DNA of 19,174 bases from Candidatus Nanohaloarchaea archaeon (GCA_047617745.1 JBLGBN010000018.1:1-19174), one strand, 5' to 3'. Shown: positions 7,647-16,535, numbered from the stretch's first letter. The notes: generated from the sequence alone by a model not told the origin. Made by a program: numbers and translations.

Positions 7647-8654
7647 ATGAGCCAGGAACAAAAGCAGGAGCGAGAACAGTATAATTTCGAAACCTTTGAA
7701 GAAGTTCTCGAAGAGATCAAAGATAAGGATTACGACAAGATCGGGCTACAGGGACCAGATGGTATTAAGCCGCAGATCGTGGATTTCGCCTCCGACCTCC
7801 AGGAAGAAGGATTTGAAACAGTAATCGTAGGTGCTTCAACATTTGGGGCGTGCGGAATCGCAGATGAAAAAGTCAAGAGAATGGGGGCGGACGCACTTAT
7901 ACACGTCGGCCACACCAGATTCCTGCACCCTGAAAAGGCCGATATGAAGGATTACGATGTTTTCTATCTTCCGTACAGAGAAGATAGAGATCTGATGAGC
8001 GTCTTGGAAGAGCATTACGATGAGATTCCAGAGGATGAAACGCTGGGTCTTGTAGGTGTGACGCAGTACATGGACCGAGCGGAAAAAGCCCGTGACTTCC
8101 TAGAGAGTAAGGGATACGAAGTTGTTGAGGGCAAGACAGGGCTTCGAACCTCAGAGCCGGGACAGGTACTTGGATGTGACGCAGGCGCGGCACATAACAT
8201 CGCTCACAAGGTAGACGCTTTCGTCTTCCTCGGCTCCGGACACTTCCATCCTTCACAGGTGTCTGAGGCAGGCAAGAAAGTATACGTGGTTGACCCATAC
8301 GAGAAGCATATCTGGGTAGAACCAGCTAATTCGCTTGATGATGAGATGCAGGCAGAGTATGCAAGGGTTTTGAAGCATAAAGACAAGGAGAAGTGGGGGA
8401 TTGTAACCTCTTCCAAGAAAGGACAGAACTATATGAGGGCCGTGGAGATCGCGAAGGAGAAACTGGAGAAACACGGTAAAGACGTCTATGTTTTCGTCGA
8501 GGACCGTATCTTTGAAGCAGACTATAAGGGCTACGGCATCGACATCTATGTCAACTGTGCGTGTCCCCGTATGACCAAGGACTGGCAGGATCTTTCTTTT
8601 GTCAGTCCCCGTGCGCTTCAGGTCCTGGATGACGAGTTTGGAGAAGAAGAGTGA
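7647..8654 (+). CDS. dph2: 2-(3-amino-3-carboxypropyl)histidine synthase (diphthamide biosynthesis)
   Basis: LQGPDG, FGACG, HVGH, GQVLGC, GSGHFH, SKKGQ and ACPR; the three Fe-S cysteines are present. ATG 7647 is preferred over TTG 7626. Confidence 0.95.
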   Translation: MSQEQKQEREQYNFETFEEVLEEIKDKDYDKIGLQGPDGIKPQIVDFASDLQEEGFETVIVGASTFGACGIADEKVKRMGADALIHVGHTRFLHPEKADMKDYDVFYLPYREDRDLMSVLEEHYDEIPEDETLGLVGVTQYMDRAEKARDFLESKGYEVVEGKTGLRTSEPGQVLGCDAGAAHNIAHKVDAFVFLGSGHFHPSQVSEAGKKVYVVDPYEKHIWVEPANSLDDEMQAEYARVLKHKDKEKWGIVTSSKKGQNYMRAVEIAKEKLEKHGKDVYVFVEDRIFEADYKGYGIDIYVNCACPRMTKDWQDLSFVSPRALQVLDDEFGEEE

Positions 8655-8708
8655 TGTTGTCACCTTTTAACAACAACTTATTTATGTGAGTTTTTACAAA
8701 CTATATCC

Positions 8709-9431
8709 ATGAGCTTTCGTGAAATAGTAGAAAGAGCCAGAGAGCAGCAACTGGATGAGGACAATGGCGCTCTTGAAGACAATGAGTCGAAGATTGGAGA
8801 GGGGGCTAATACTTCTGCTCACATCAGCTCCAGAGGTTACGTTGTTAAGCCTGTAGCGTATGAACCTGACTCGGACTCGGAAAACCCGTTTGAACAGGCT
8901 GAAGTGGTAGAAGATATAGATCGTTTTCCGTGGGTAGAGGTGGATGAAAGGGATGTTGATGGTCCATTTAACTATGCTCTTGTAAAGATGAGCAGGAACG
9001 ATTTAACACATTCAGAAGCCGTTGAATCCTTCCATATGTCAGATGTTATAACAGAGGATCTGGACATGTTTTTCGATCTTAGAGAGGATGGCTTCACCTA
9101 TAATGACTTTAAACCAGATAATATAGGCTATTTCTGGGAGAGTGGCGAACCTAAGGCAAGACCTATTGACGTGATTGACAGCCATGCATGGGAACAGGAA
9201 GAAGACCTGCTTTATCGAAGGTTTTCAGATATTTTAGATGTTTACATCCGTGGAACACCTAAAGAAGACGGTCTTGTAGATCTTTATCCGACCTCTGTAC
9301 CAGAGGCTGAGGAGCACGTAATGGAGTATCTAGGGATGGACACAGAAAATATTACAGGTGACCCATACAAGGATCTCTTCCAGGCTATGGAAGAATCACA
9401 GGGAGAACTGGAGGATGTCCTCGCTTACTGA
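8709..9431 (+). CDS. Minimal protein kinase-like (PKL) fold protein
   Basis: Gly loop KIGEGANTSA, VVK lysine, catalytic loop YNDFKPDNIG (DxKxxN) and a DFG-equivalent PIDV, in the correct order. Confidence 0.7.
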   Translation: MSFREIVERAREQQLDEDNGALEDNESKIGEGANTSAHISSRGYVVKPVAYEPDSDSENPFEQAEVVEDIDRFPWVEVDERDVDGPFNYALVKMSRNDLTHSEAVESFHMSDVITEDLDMFFDLREDGFTYNDFKPDNIGYFWESGEPKARPIDVIDSHAWEQEEDLLYRRFSDILDVYIRGTPKEDGLVDLYPTSVPEAEEHVMEYLGMDTENITGDPYKDLFQAMEESQGELEDVLAY

Positions 9432-9480
9432 GTATCTTCAGCGGGATAAAATTTGGTAACAAATTATTAGGTGTGTAGAT

Positions 9481-10191
9481 ATGACATTATACGCTCTGGG
9501 AGACTACCACGGAAGGAGTATACAGGAGTTTCTGGAGAAAGAAGCACCTACTTCCGATGATATAGTTCTATCGACCGGAGATTTTGATCAGACAAATGTG
9601 ATCCATGAGTTTCTTGATTTAAAGGAAAGAATCGGCGAGGAATCAGTAATTGATGTGGGCGGCAACCACGATAACGCAATTCTGGAGGAACTGCCGATCA
9701 CATCAGGCACTATAGAATCCCAGTCCAAGCATTTCTACGAGATGGTCGACGAGCTACATCAGGATCCAGTAGCAAAAGATTATCTTCAGGAAATTGTCAA
9801 TAACCCAATCAGAGAGTTTGAGGTAGGGGATCTGAATGGAGTACTGGTCCATGGAGGACTGGCGGGCCATATACAGAGCCGGAATATAACTGAGGAAATG
9901 AAACCTTTCTGGTACCGGCTCTGGGATGACGAAGATTTCGAGGAAAACTTCGATCGAATGGATAGAAAGGATTACGACTTGATGATCCGGGGACACGACC
10001 ATCGAAAAGACCACGTAATGAGGCTTAAAGACGGCTACGAACCCACCTATCGGAGCCGAAATCTGGAGGAGAGTTATGAGCTGGAAGAAAGTTACAGACA
10101 TATTTTCACTCACGGTGCCTGGTATAAAGGAGAGTATCTGGTCATAGATGAAGATAGTCTTGAGGCAGAGTTCAGATCTGTGGAGAAATAG
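9481..10191 (+). CDS. Calcineurin-like metallophosphoesterase (PPP-type)
   Basis: All five motifs are present: GDYHG, GDFD, GNHD, VHGG, RGHDH. Confidence 0.9.
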   Translation: MTLYALGDYHGRSIQEFLEKEAPTSDDIVLSTGDFDQTNVIHEFLDLKERIGEESVIDVGGNHDNAILEELPITSGTIESQSKHFYEMVDELHQDPVAKDYLQEIVNNPIREFEVGDLNGVLVHGGLAGHIQSRNITEEMKPFWYRLWDDEDFEENFDRMDRKDYDLMIRGHDHRKDHVMRLKDGYEPTYRSRNLEESYELEESYRHIFTHGAWYKGEYLVIDEDSLEAEFRSVEK

Positions 10192-10232
10192 TTGAACCAG
10201 AAGATTTATCTACTGGCGTCCAAATTATAATT

Positions 10233-10520
10233 ATGTCGACGGATACTGTGGACGACGTGGTTTCTAGCTTGACTAATGAGCTCGACTCTTTGATAGAGAA
10301 AGTTAACGAAGAGGAGGAACTGGTTTCCCGGGAAGACTATAACGTAAGAGAACTTCAGAACGGCGATTATGCAATAAGCACTCCAGGCAAGACCTATTTG
10401 ATAAGGGCTGACGGCTCTATTAGCGAGCATAAAAAGGGGAAAACTGCAGAGGCATATGACGGATACGATGAGAGCATAGAGAGCGAAATTGAAGAAATAC
10501 TTGAGGAAAACTACCAGTAA
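10233..10520 (+). CDS. Small acidic hypothetical protein
   Basis: 95-aa acidic ORF with the host-like composition; its 3' end overlaps the convergent oxidoreductase gene by 10 nt. Confidence 0.75.
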   Translation: MSTDTVDDVVSSLTNELDSLIEKVNEEEELVSREDYNVRELQNGDYAISTPGKTYLIRADGSISEHKKGKTAEAYDGYDESIESEIEEILEENYQ

Positions 10521-11707
10521 TCCTTGTCCAGCAGCCTCTCCTTTTCCTCTACTTTTTCTTTCTCTCTAATCATTTCCTTAATCTTTTCCTGCCCCTTCGT
10601 GTAACCTATCATAACTGCTCCAATTAGCCGGTCGCCATCGAAGAATAGCCTGCGGTAGTGATCCTCACCGCCGTACTTCCTCGAGACTGGTTCCCCGCTC
10701 CAGTCACCTATTGCCAGGAACTGCGACCTGAAATGTCCTACACCATAGGTATTAATATAATCAAAATCCTCGTCTGGTCCAGACATGTTTTTACCGGCAG
10801 TTTCCCCCATTTCCTCACTATGATCCCAGGAGCCGTTAACAGTCCTCTTCTCAAAAACAGGGGAATAGTACTCAACCATGTTTCCTGCAGCGTAAATGCT
10901 TTCGTCCGAGGTCTGAAGCTTTTCATCAGTCTTGATGAGGCCTTTCTCAGTCTTTTTAACGTCTACAATCTCCGAGTTCGGTGTTTGCCCGATTGCTACG
11001 GCGACGGCGTCGCATTTGTAACTTTCACCCTGTTCTGTTACCACTTCTTTCACCCTTCCTTCTTCTTCTGATTTCAGTTTTCCTACTCTAGTGTTTGTGA
11101 TTACTTCACAGCCTTTCTCCTCCAGTTTCTCATGGATTATCTCGGCGCCTTCTTCATCAAGGCCGCGACTCCACCAGCATTCATCTTTGACCAAGTAATA
11201 AGTCTCAGCACCGTTTTCCGCATAAGCCATCGCTAAATCAATTCCCAGGAGGCCTCCGCCAACAACCACAGCTTTTTCTGCTTCTTCAGCTGACTCCTTT
11301 ACTGTATCTGCATCATCCATCGTCCACATGTAGTGAAGATTACTGAATCCTTCATCCTGTGGAAGTTTTCTTGGTGATCCGCCTGTGGCGACTAGAAGAT
11401 TATCGTACTCAAAGCTTTCTCCGCCAACAGTCTCCACAATCTGTTTTTCGCTTTCAACTTTGTCTACTCGAGTATCTAAATGTAGATCGATATCTCTTTT
11501 CTCATACCAGCTCTCATCATGAACCCTTGTATACTGTTTAGGAAGCGTACCTTTCATGTAGTTCTTCAGCATAATCCGGTTGTAAAGTGGCTCGGATTCA
11601 TCCGTGAAAACATGTATTTCTGCGTCTTCATTCTGGTTTCTGATAACTTCGGCAGCAGTTGCACCAGCGATACCGTCCCCGATTATAACGTGTTTTTGTT
11701 CTTTCAT
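10511..11707 (-). CDS. FAD/NAD(P)H-dependent oxidoreductase (ferredoxin/rubredoxin reductase-like)
   Basis: IIGDGIAG, YNR, LLVATG, VVGGGLLG, AIG and TSDESIYAAGN motifs; reductase C-terminal domain. Confidence 0.9.
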   Translation of the reverse strand: MKEQKHVIIGDGIAGATAAEVIRNQNEDAEIHVFTDESEPLYNRIMLKNYMKGTLPKQYTRVHDESWYEKRDIDLHLDTRVDKVESEKQIVETVGGESFEYDNLLVATGGSPRKLPQDEGFSNLHYMWTMDDADTVKESAEEAEKAVVVGGGLLGIDLAMAYAENGAETYYLVKDECWWSRGLDEEGAEIIHEKLEEKGCEVITNTRVGKLKSEEEGRVKEVVTEQGESYKCDAVAVAIGQTPNSEIVDVKKTEKGLIKTDEKLQTSDESIYAAGNMVEYYSPVFEKRTVNGSWDHSEEMGETAGKNMSGPDEDFDYINTYGVGHFRSQFLAIGDWSGEPVSRKYGGEDHYRRLFFDGDRLIGAVMIGYTKGQEKIKEMIREKEKVEEKERLLDKDYW

Positions 11708-11748
11708 GGAGTTTACTCTACCTATCAGTATTTTAAATCTCTCATACC

Positions 11749-13017
11749 TTAATCGCCTTTCTCAACACGGTACCATTCTCCGCTCCAGCTAAATATGTAC
11801 TCTAGGACCGATTTCAGTAAAATCAAACCTGATATGAAAACCACCAGGAAGCTGGTTAGAGAGTAGAGCCCTATAAATCCTATTTCTTTATCCCGGAAGT
11901 CCCTATAAGAGAGTATTAAGGCTGGTAGAGCTGTAACTAGTATAGGTATTGTGAAGAACAGTTCTATACCAGATATTACAAGCACGAGGAAATTAGCAAA
12001 GAAAACTATAAGCATTATAGGTATTATAGTGCTGACTAGCGATCTGCATGTAGCAAATACCTCTCTAGGTATACTTGACTGGCCATACCCGCGCCTTAGG
12101 CCCTTATGAAGTATCTCTACGGTCCCTATCGACCATCTCTTCCTCTGACCCCAGAAATCCCTGAAGCTGTGCGGAGCCTCCATTTTGTTAGTAACACTTC
12201 TGTTAGATTTAACCTTCAAACCGTATCTGAAACATTTCTGGCCGAAATCAATATCTTCGGTAAGCATATCATCGTAACCGTTGACCTTCTCCCATGCGGT
12301 CTTCGTTAGAACTGTAGAAGACGACTTTGCATGTACAAATCCTGTTAATTCCTGTATCTTGTATGCCATGTGAAAGACAGCTCTCTCGCAGTAGCTGAAT
12401 TTCTCTATACCGCCCGAGGGGATAGGGACACGTCGGCCTTGGAAAACTTCGTATCCCTGGTTCATATAGGCCATGGCGATACCAATGAATTGGCTGTCTA
12501 CTTTTTCATCAGCATCGAAAAGGGCGAAGTACTCCGCGTCAAGCTCTTCAAAAGCAGTGTTTATCGCGCCAGCCTTTGAACCCGGATGCTGGTTTATCAA
12601 AACATTACAGTCCAGGTTTTCAGCTTCCTCTATACTTTTCTCATCATCTGGCTCACAGATAACATTGATGCCTAAATTAGAGTAATCCGAGTTTTTCAGA
12701 GAGTTAATAGAGTTCGCCAGGACTTCATGGTCCTGGTAGACCGGTATAACAGCTTCCACTCTCTCCCCCTGATCTAAAGGTTCAAGTTTATCGCCTCTGT
12801 ACACCTCGTTCCAGAGAAGTAATGTAGCGAACAGTGTGGTAATACTGAACGTCAGATTAGAGTAAACCGCACCAAAGGTGGAAATGGAAACAGCGAATAT
12901 TATTAAATCGAAACTACGCTGGAAAGGAGCAATCCCCTCCCAGAAGCCCCAACCAAGGAGCAACAGTATCAATAGAGTAAAAAAGGCGTATTCTGCGGGT
13001 TTCTGTATATATTTCAC
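11749..13017 (-). CDS. Membrane GT2 glycosyltransferase, cellulose-synthase-like
   Basis: KAGA, FDAD, LTED and QRKRW motifs; N- and C-terminal TM helices; GTG start. Confidence 0.88.
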   Translation of the reverse strand: MKYIQKPAEYAFFTLLILLLLGWGFWEGIAPFQRSFDLIIFAVSISTFGAVYSNLTFSITTLFATLLLWNEVYRGDKLEPLDQGERVEAVIPVYQDHEVLANSINSLKNSDYSNLGINVICEPDDEKSIEEAENLDCNVLINQHPGSKAGAINTAFEELDAEYFALFDADEKVDSQFIGIAMAYMNQGYEVFQGRRVPIPSGGIEKFSYCERAVFHMAYKIQELTGFVHAKSSSTVLTKTAWEKVNGYDDMLTEDIDFGQKCFRYGLKVKSNRSVTNKMEAPHSFRDFWGQRKRWSIGTVEILHKGLRRGYGQSSIPREVFATCRSLVSTIIPIMLIVFFANFLVLVISGIELFFTIPILVTALPALILSYRDFRDKEIGFIGLYSLTSFLVVFISGLILLKSVLEYIFSWSGEWYRVEKGD

Positions 13018-13124
13018 ATCGCCTAATTTGGCTTGAACAATTTTAAACAGTTGCCGGTATATAGACTGAAAATCCCGGCCTTTATATCATTATAAAAATT
13101 ACTCCTAATAGTCTTCTATACCAA

Positions 13125-13199
13125 GCGGAGCTGGTGTAGTCTGGCCCATCATATCACCCTGTCACGGTGATGACGCGGGTTCAAATCCCGCGCTCCGCG
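13125..13199 (+). tRNA. tRNA-Asp(GTC)
   Basis: Acceptor stem GCGGAGC/GCTCCGC, anticodon arm TCACC-CTGTCAC-GGTGA, T arm GCGGG-TTCAAAT-CCCGC, discriminator G. No intron, no encoded CCA. TATAAAAA at 13091. Confidence 0.96.
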
Positions 13200-13258
13200 C
13201 TCTTAACTATCATTTTTCCCGCCCAAGTTATTTAGTGCCGAACTGCTCTTAGATATTT

Positions 13259-14008
13259 ATGGAAACCATTTTTCTGATATCATTTATTCTACTGTCTGCC
13301 GGACTAGTTAAGGGATTGGTAGGTTTCGGCGAGGCGGTCATAGGCGTAGGGTTAATCAGCTTGATACTGTCACCTCGCGAAGCTGTCGTATTAATGATAA
13401 TCCCTATCATGGTGTCAAATATTTCTCTGGTTCGTGAAATAGGGCTAGATACCGTGAAGTCCCTGCTTGACGATCATCTGGTTCTGATTTCCTCGGTATT
13501 TGGAGGGACAATTCTGGGAATGTTCTTTCTTGGAAAGATTCCACAAAACATCTTGTCTGCAGTAATCGGTCTTATACTCATTATCTATTCGGTATTAAAA
13601 TTTGAAGGTGTAGCTCTCCGACCAGAATATTTCCAACGGATCCCGAATAAGTTTGAGAGCGGTCTGACCGGTCTGCTTGGCTCTGTTGGCGGTTTCATAT
13701 TTGGCGCCACCAGTATGGGAGCTCTTATTGTAATGTACCTCGAGTACCTTGATCTTCCTAGAGAGAAGTTTGTAGGCTTCCTTGGTTTCGTGTTCCTGTT
13801 GATATCTGGTTTTAGGGTTGGTTCTTCCTATCTACTGGGTTATTACTCAGGATCGAATATTCTTTACCTGTCTCTCCTGGCTTCTGTACCTGTTTTCATC
13901 GGTGTTCAGCTGGGAGAATTTATAGGTAGAAAAGAATCGAATAAAGCGCATAAACGGCTGGTCTTACTGCTGTTTCTACTGATAGGGCTGCGGCTAATTG
14001 CGAGATAA
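13259..14008 (+). CDS. TauE/SafE (TSUP) family permease
   Basis: About 8 TM helices; AGLVKGLVGFG N-terminal motif, GFIFGATSMGA repeat and GVQLG. Confidence 0.88.
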   Translation: METIFLISFILLSAGLVKGLVGFGEAVIGVGLISLILSPREAVVLMIIPIMVSNISLVREIGLDTVKSLLDDHLVLISSVFGGTILGMFFLGKIPQNILSAVIGLILIIYSVLKFEGVALRPEYFQRIPNKFESGLTGLLGSVGGFIFGATSMGALIVMYLEYLDLPREKFVGFLGFVFLLISGFRVGSSYLLGYYSGSNILYLSLLASVPVFIGVQLGEFIGRKESNKAHKRLVLLLFLLIGLRLIAR

Positions 14009-14039
14009 AGAAAATAGGTCTGAGCGGAAAGCCCGGTTT

Positions 14040-14132
14040 CTATGCCGTGCTTTCGGCTGTTAGATGTTCAGGTGTCTCCTCTTCCTGTATTTCGACAGGA
14101 ATAGAGGTTATGACCTGTAGTTCTAGTTCCAT
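14040..14132 (-). CDS. Putative 30-aa acidic small ORF (or structured RNA)
   Basis: MELELQVITSIPVEIQEEETPEHLTAESTA*; GGAGGGG lies 8 nt upstream of the ATG and TTTATTTTAAA further upstream. Confidence 0.5.
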   Translation of the reverse strand: MELELQVITSIPVEIQEEETPEHLTAESTA

Positions 14133-14249
14133 TAATTGTTCCCCTCCCGGATGGGAAGATTGGAATCCCTTCCATTTAAAATAAACTGTGTTGTAGCGAA
14201 GTTAACACTCTAGATAAGAAAAGAAGAAAGAAAAGTTGGGGGAGATACT

Positions 14250-14852
14250 CTAGTTAAACGTACTGGAGATATCTCTGTAGCGTTCATGTACGTCTGTCCA
14301 GTCGATCAGCTGGAAGAAGTTGTCGATAAACTCTCCCCGCTTAGGTCCGTAGTCGTGGTAGTAGCTGTGCTCCCAGACATCGACCGCCAGAACAGGGTGC
14401 GCTCCCCAGACTGCGCCTTCATCATGTCCATCAACCGCGACGTTGTGGAGCTCGTCTTCTCTCGGTATATAGACAAGCAGTGCCCATCCCGAAGCGGACG
14501 GTGCTGCCGCTTTGAACTCTTTTTTCCAGTTTTCGTAGCTTCCGAAGTCCTCCTTGATCTTTTCCAGAAGCTCTCCCTCTGGCTTTCCTCCGCCGTTAGG
14601 ACTCATGTTTTTCCAGAAGATTTCGTGCAGCACGTTTCCACAGAAGTTGTGCGTGAAGCTGTTAAGTATCGCGCCTGTTGAGGAATAATCGTCTTTTCTC
14701 CTCTGCTCCTCCAGGTCTTCTTCTGCCTGGTTCACCCCGTTCACGTATCCCTGATGGTGTGTGTCGTGGTGCCATTCCATTACCTGTTCGGAGATATGCG
14801 GTGTTAGAGCGTCGTAGTCGTACGGTAGTTCGATTAATCCATATTCTGCCAT
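14250..14852 (-). CDS. sod: Fe/Mn superoxide dismutase
   Basis: LPYDYDAL, WHHDTHHQGYV and DVWEHSYY motifs. Start ATG 14852 follows an AGGTGA RBS. A T-rich terminator lies downstream (about 14215-14235). Confidence 0.96.
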   Translation of the reverse strand: MAEYGLIELPYDYDALTPHISEQVMEWHHDTHHQGYVNGVNQAEEDLEEQRRKDDYSSTGAILNSFTHNFCGNVLHEIFWKNMSPNGGGKPEGELLEKIKEDFGSYENWKKEFKAAAPSASGWALLVYIPREDELHNVAVDGHDEGAVWGAHPVLAVDVWEHSYYHDYGPKRGEFIDNFFQLIDWTDVHERYRDISSTFN

Positions 14853-14954
14853 TGTTTGATTCACCTATTTGTTAATTGTAGAAGCTGGGACTTAACAGTT
14901 TTTACTGTGGTCAGAAAGAAAAATTGAAAGAAGAAATGTGTTTTCCGGGCTAGG

Positions 14955-15572
14955 TTACTGTGTCGTGTTGCCGGAAGGCTGTTGCTGCTGTTGAGCTCGT
15001 TCGATCAAAGTGTCGATGTTCATGTACGACTGCTGTCCGAATGCGTTTGTCGCAGGGAATAATAGCTCGCCGTCTGGAGAGATAAAGTAGTTCTGTGAGG
15101 CGGATCGGGTTCCGTTCTCCGTCTCAACTGAACTGTTTATTGTTGCGTAAAACATGCCGTTTCTCTCTGTAACGGTGAGTGAATCAGGCTGAGAGCCAGT
15201 GGCTTCGAATAGCTGGTTGAGGGAATCTCTGACTTCTGCCTGACTGCCGCTGTTCGCCATATTGACTGCGAATCCTGCGACAAGTCCAATCACAAGTCCT
15301 GCAAGTACTCCTCCGACAAGGACTTTTTCCCTGTCAAAGCTTCCAAGGAATCCTCCTGAAGTTTCTTCTTCAATTTCTTCTACTACTTCCTCTTCGGCTA
15401 CTTCTTCCTGTTTCTCGATCTTCTTTTCCAGGAATTCCTTGACTGTTTTCCTGTCATCTCCCTCTTCTTCGAGGTTGAGCAGTTCCTGATAATCTGCATC
15501 TTTCAAATCTTTGACTGCTTCCTTTACATCGTCAACGTTCTGATCTAGAAGCTCCTTGTAGTTTTCAGACAT
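14955..15572 (-). CDS. Single-pass membrane protein, hypothetical
   Basis: Acidic helical N-domain (...EEEGDDRKTVKEFLE), one TM (VLVGGVLAGLVIGLVAGFAV), and an external domain with YFISPDGELLFP and N-x-S/T sequons. Confidence 0.8.
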   Translation of the reverse strand: MSENYKELLDQNVDDVKEAVKDLKDADYQELLNLEEEGDDRKTVKEFLEKKIEKQEEVAEEEVVEEIEEETSGGFLGSFDREKVLVGGVLAGLVIGLVAGFAVNMANSGSQAEVRDSLNQLFEATGSQPDSLTVTERNGMFYATINSSVETENGTRSASQNYFISPDGELLFPATNAFGQQSYMNIDTLIERAQQQQQPSGNTTQ

Positions 15573-15691
15573 GTGAAGTAATTCAACTGAAACCCTTTTA
15601 TAAATTAGCCGCTGTGAGAGGCTTTTTGCAGGGTTTTTATATCTTGTCAGAAGGTTAAAAGAAGAATACAGTATGTAGACTGGAGGCTGTT

Positions 15692-15886
15692 TTAAGCCAT
15701 TATTTTGTCTTTCCAGTCCTTGTTCTCAAGTTCGTCTTCAGTTTCTCGGTCTCCCTGTGTCTCTGCATTGTACTCTCTGATACACTTTGTGCATTTGTTC
15801 ATTCCCTGGTGTTCTGTGATTTCTGCTCTGTTTCCGAACTCCTCTTCAAGTTCTTCAGTTGTTCTTCCGCATACTTTGCATTTCAT
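15692..15886 (-). CDS. Small CxxCG...CxxC zinc-finger protein (64 aa)
   Basis: MKCKVCG...NKCTKC followed by an acidic tail; likely start is ATG 15886 rather than 15952. Confidence 0.75.
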   Translation of the reverse strand: MKCKVCGRTTEELEEEFGNRAEITEHQGMNKCTKCIREYNAETQGDRETEDELENKDWKDKIMA

Positions 15887-15985
15887 GGTTACATGCACTA
15901 ATTTCTCCACAACACTTAATAATCTTTCATTGTTTTCCAGTAACAACAACATCTGGTTTAAATATGTATCTATCTTTTTCTGGCT

Positions 15986-16363
15986 GTGAAAGGAAAAGTA
16001 TTCTCCGGCGAAGGAAAGGCTTCCAAGTTTCTACAGATAGACGAATACTCCGAATTTATACAGGAAGAAGCCGGTTTTGAGCCATTCCCCGGGACGCTGA
16101 ATCTCAGAGGAGACCCTCAGGAAATCAAAAAGCTGAAGTCTCAAACGGAGAAAAGTAGGCTAGAAGGATTTGAAACAGATGGAAGAGAATTTGGAGGTTT
16201 AGAAATATATTTCATAGAGATTGAAGGGTTAAAGGCCTGTCTTATCGATCCAGACCTCTCAAGGTACGGCAAAGATGTAGTTGAAGTGTGTAGCTCTTCT
16301 AAATTACGATCTAAGCTTGGAATTGAAGACGGGGATAAGGTCGAGATAACTTCCAGCCGCTGA
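15986..16363 (+). CDS. ribK: CTP-dependent riboflavin kinase (stand-alone, no HTH)
   Basis: GKVFSGEGKASKFL, PFPGTLNL, GREFGG and VVEV...LRSKLGIEDGDKV motifs. Confidence 0.9.
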   Translation: MKGKVFSGEGKASKFLQIDEYSEFIQEEAGFEPFPGTLNLRGDPQEIKKLKSQTEKSRLEGFETDGREFGGLEIYFIEIEGLKACLIDPDLSRYGKDVVEVCSSSKLRSKLGIEDGDKVEITSSR

Positions 16364-16430
16364 ACTGTTTTAAAGACCTTAAGCTATCTTAAAAGTTAAT
16401 TTGGACATTTTAGGTAGTAGTTTATCGAGA

Positions 16431-16535
16431 GTGATTCAACTGGAAAAGAAATGTGTGAAAGACGGATGCAGCAATCACACAATGTTCGGCCTATGTAATA
16501 GATGCACCGGTGAAAGAGTCGACTTTCATATCTAG
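16431..16535 (+). CDS. Cys4 zinc-finger-like microprotein (~34 aa)
   Basis: Manual translation: (M)IQLEKKCVKDGCSNHTMFGLCNRCTGERVDFHI*, with Cx4C...CxxC. Start codon uncertain. Confidence 0.55.
   Translation: MIQLEKKCVKDGCSNHTMFGLCNRCTGERVDFHI

Noticed and set aside
7647..9431. Kinase acting on EF-2 because it neighbours dph2
   Set aside because: The known eEF2 kinase is an alpha-kinase with different motifs; adjacency is the only support.
11749..14008. Integrated element at tRNA-Asp (AT-richer GT2 and TauE genes flank it)
   Set aside because: No integrase and no duplicate of the tRNA 3' end were seen; membrane-protein composition can explain the AT shift.
14015..14060. Hammerhead-like ribozyme (CTGA...GAAA)
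   Set aside because: The CUGANGA core is not matched (CTGAGCG) and the required three stems cannot be formed.
14975..14995. Short Gln run, and the S/D/G repeats at about 16670-16750
   Set aside because: Ordinary low-complexity protein tails, not DNA repeat elements.
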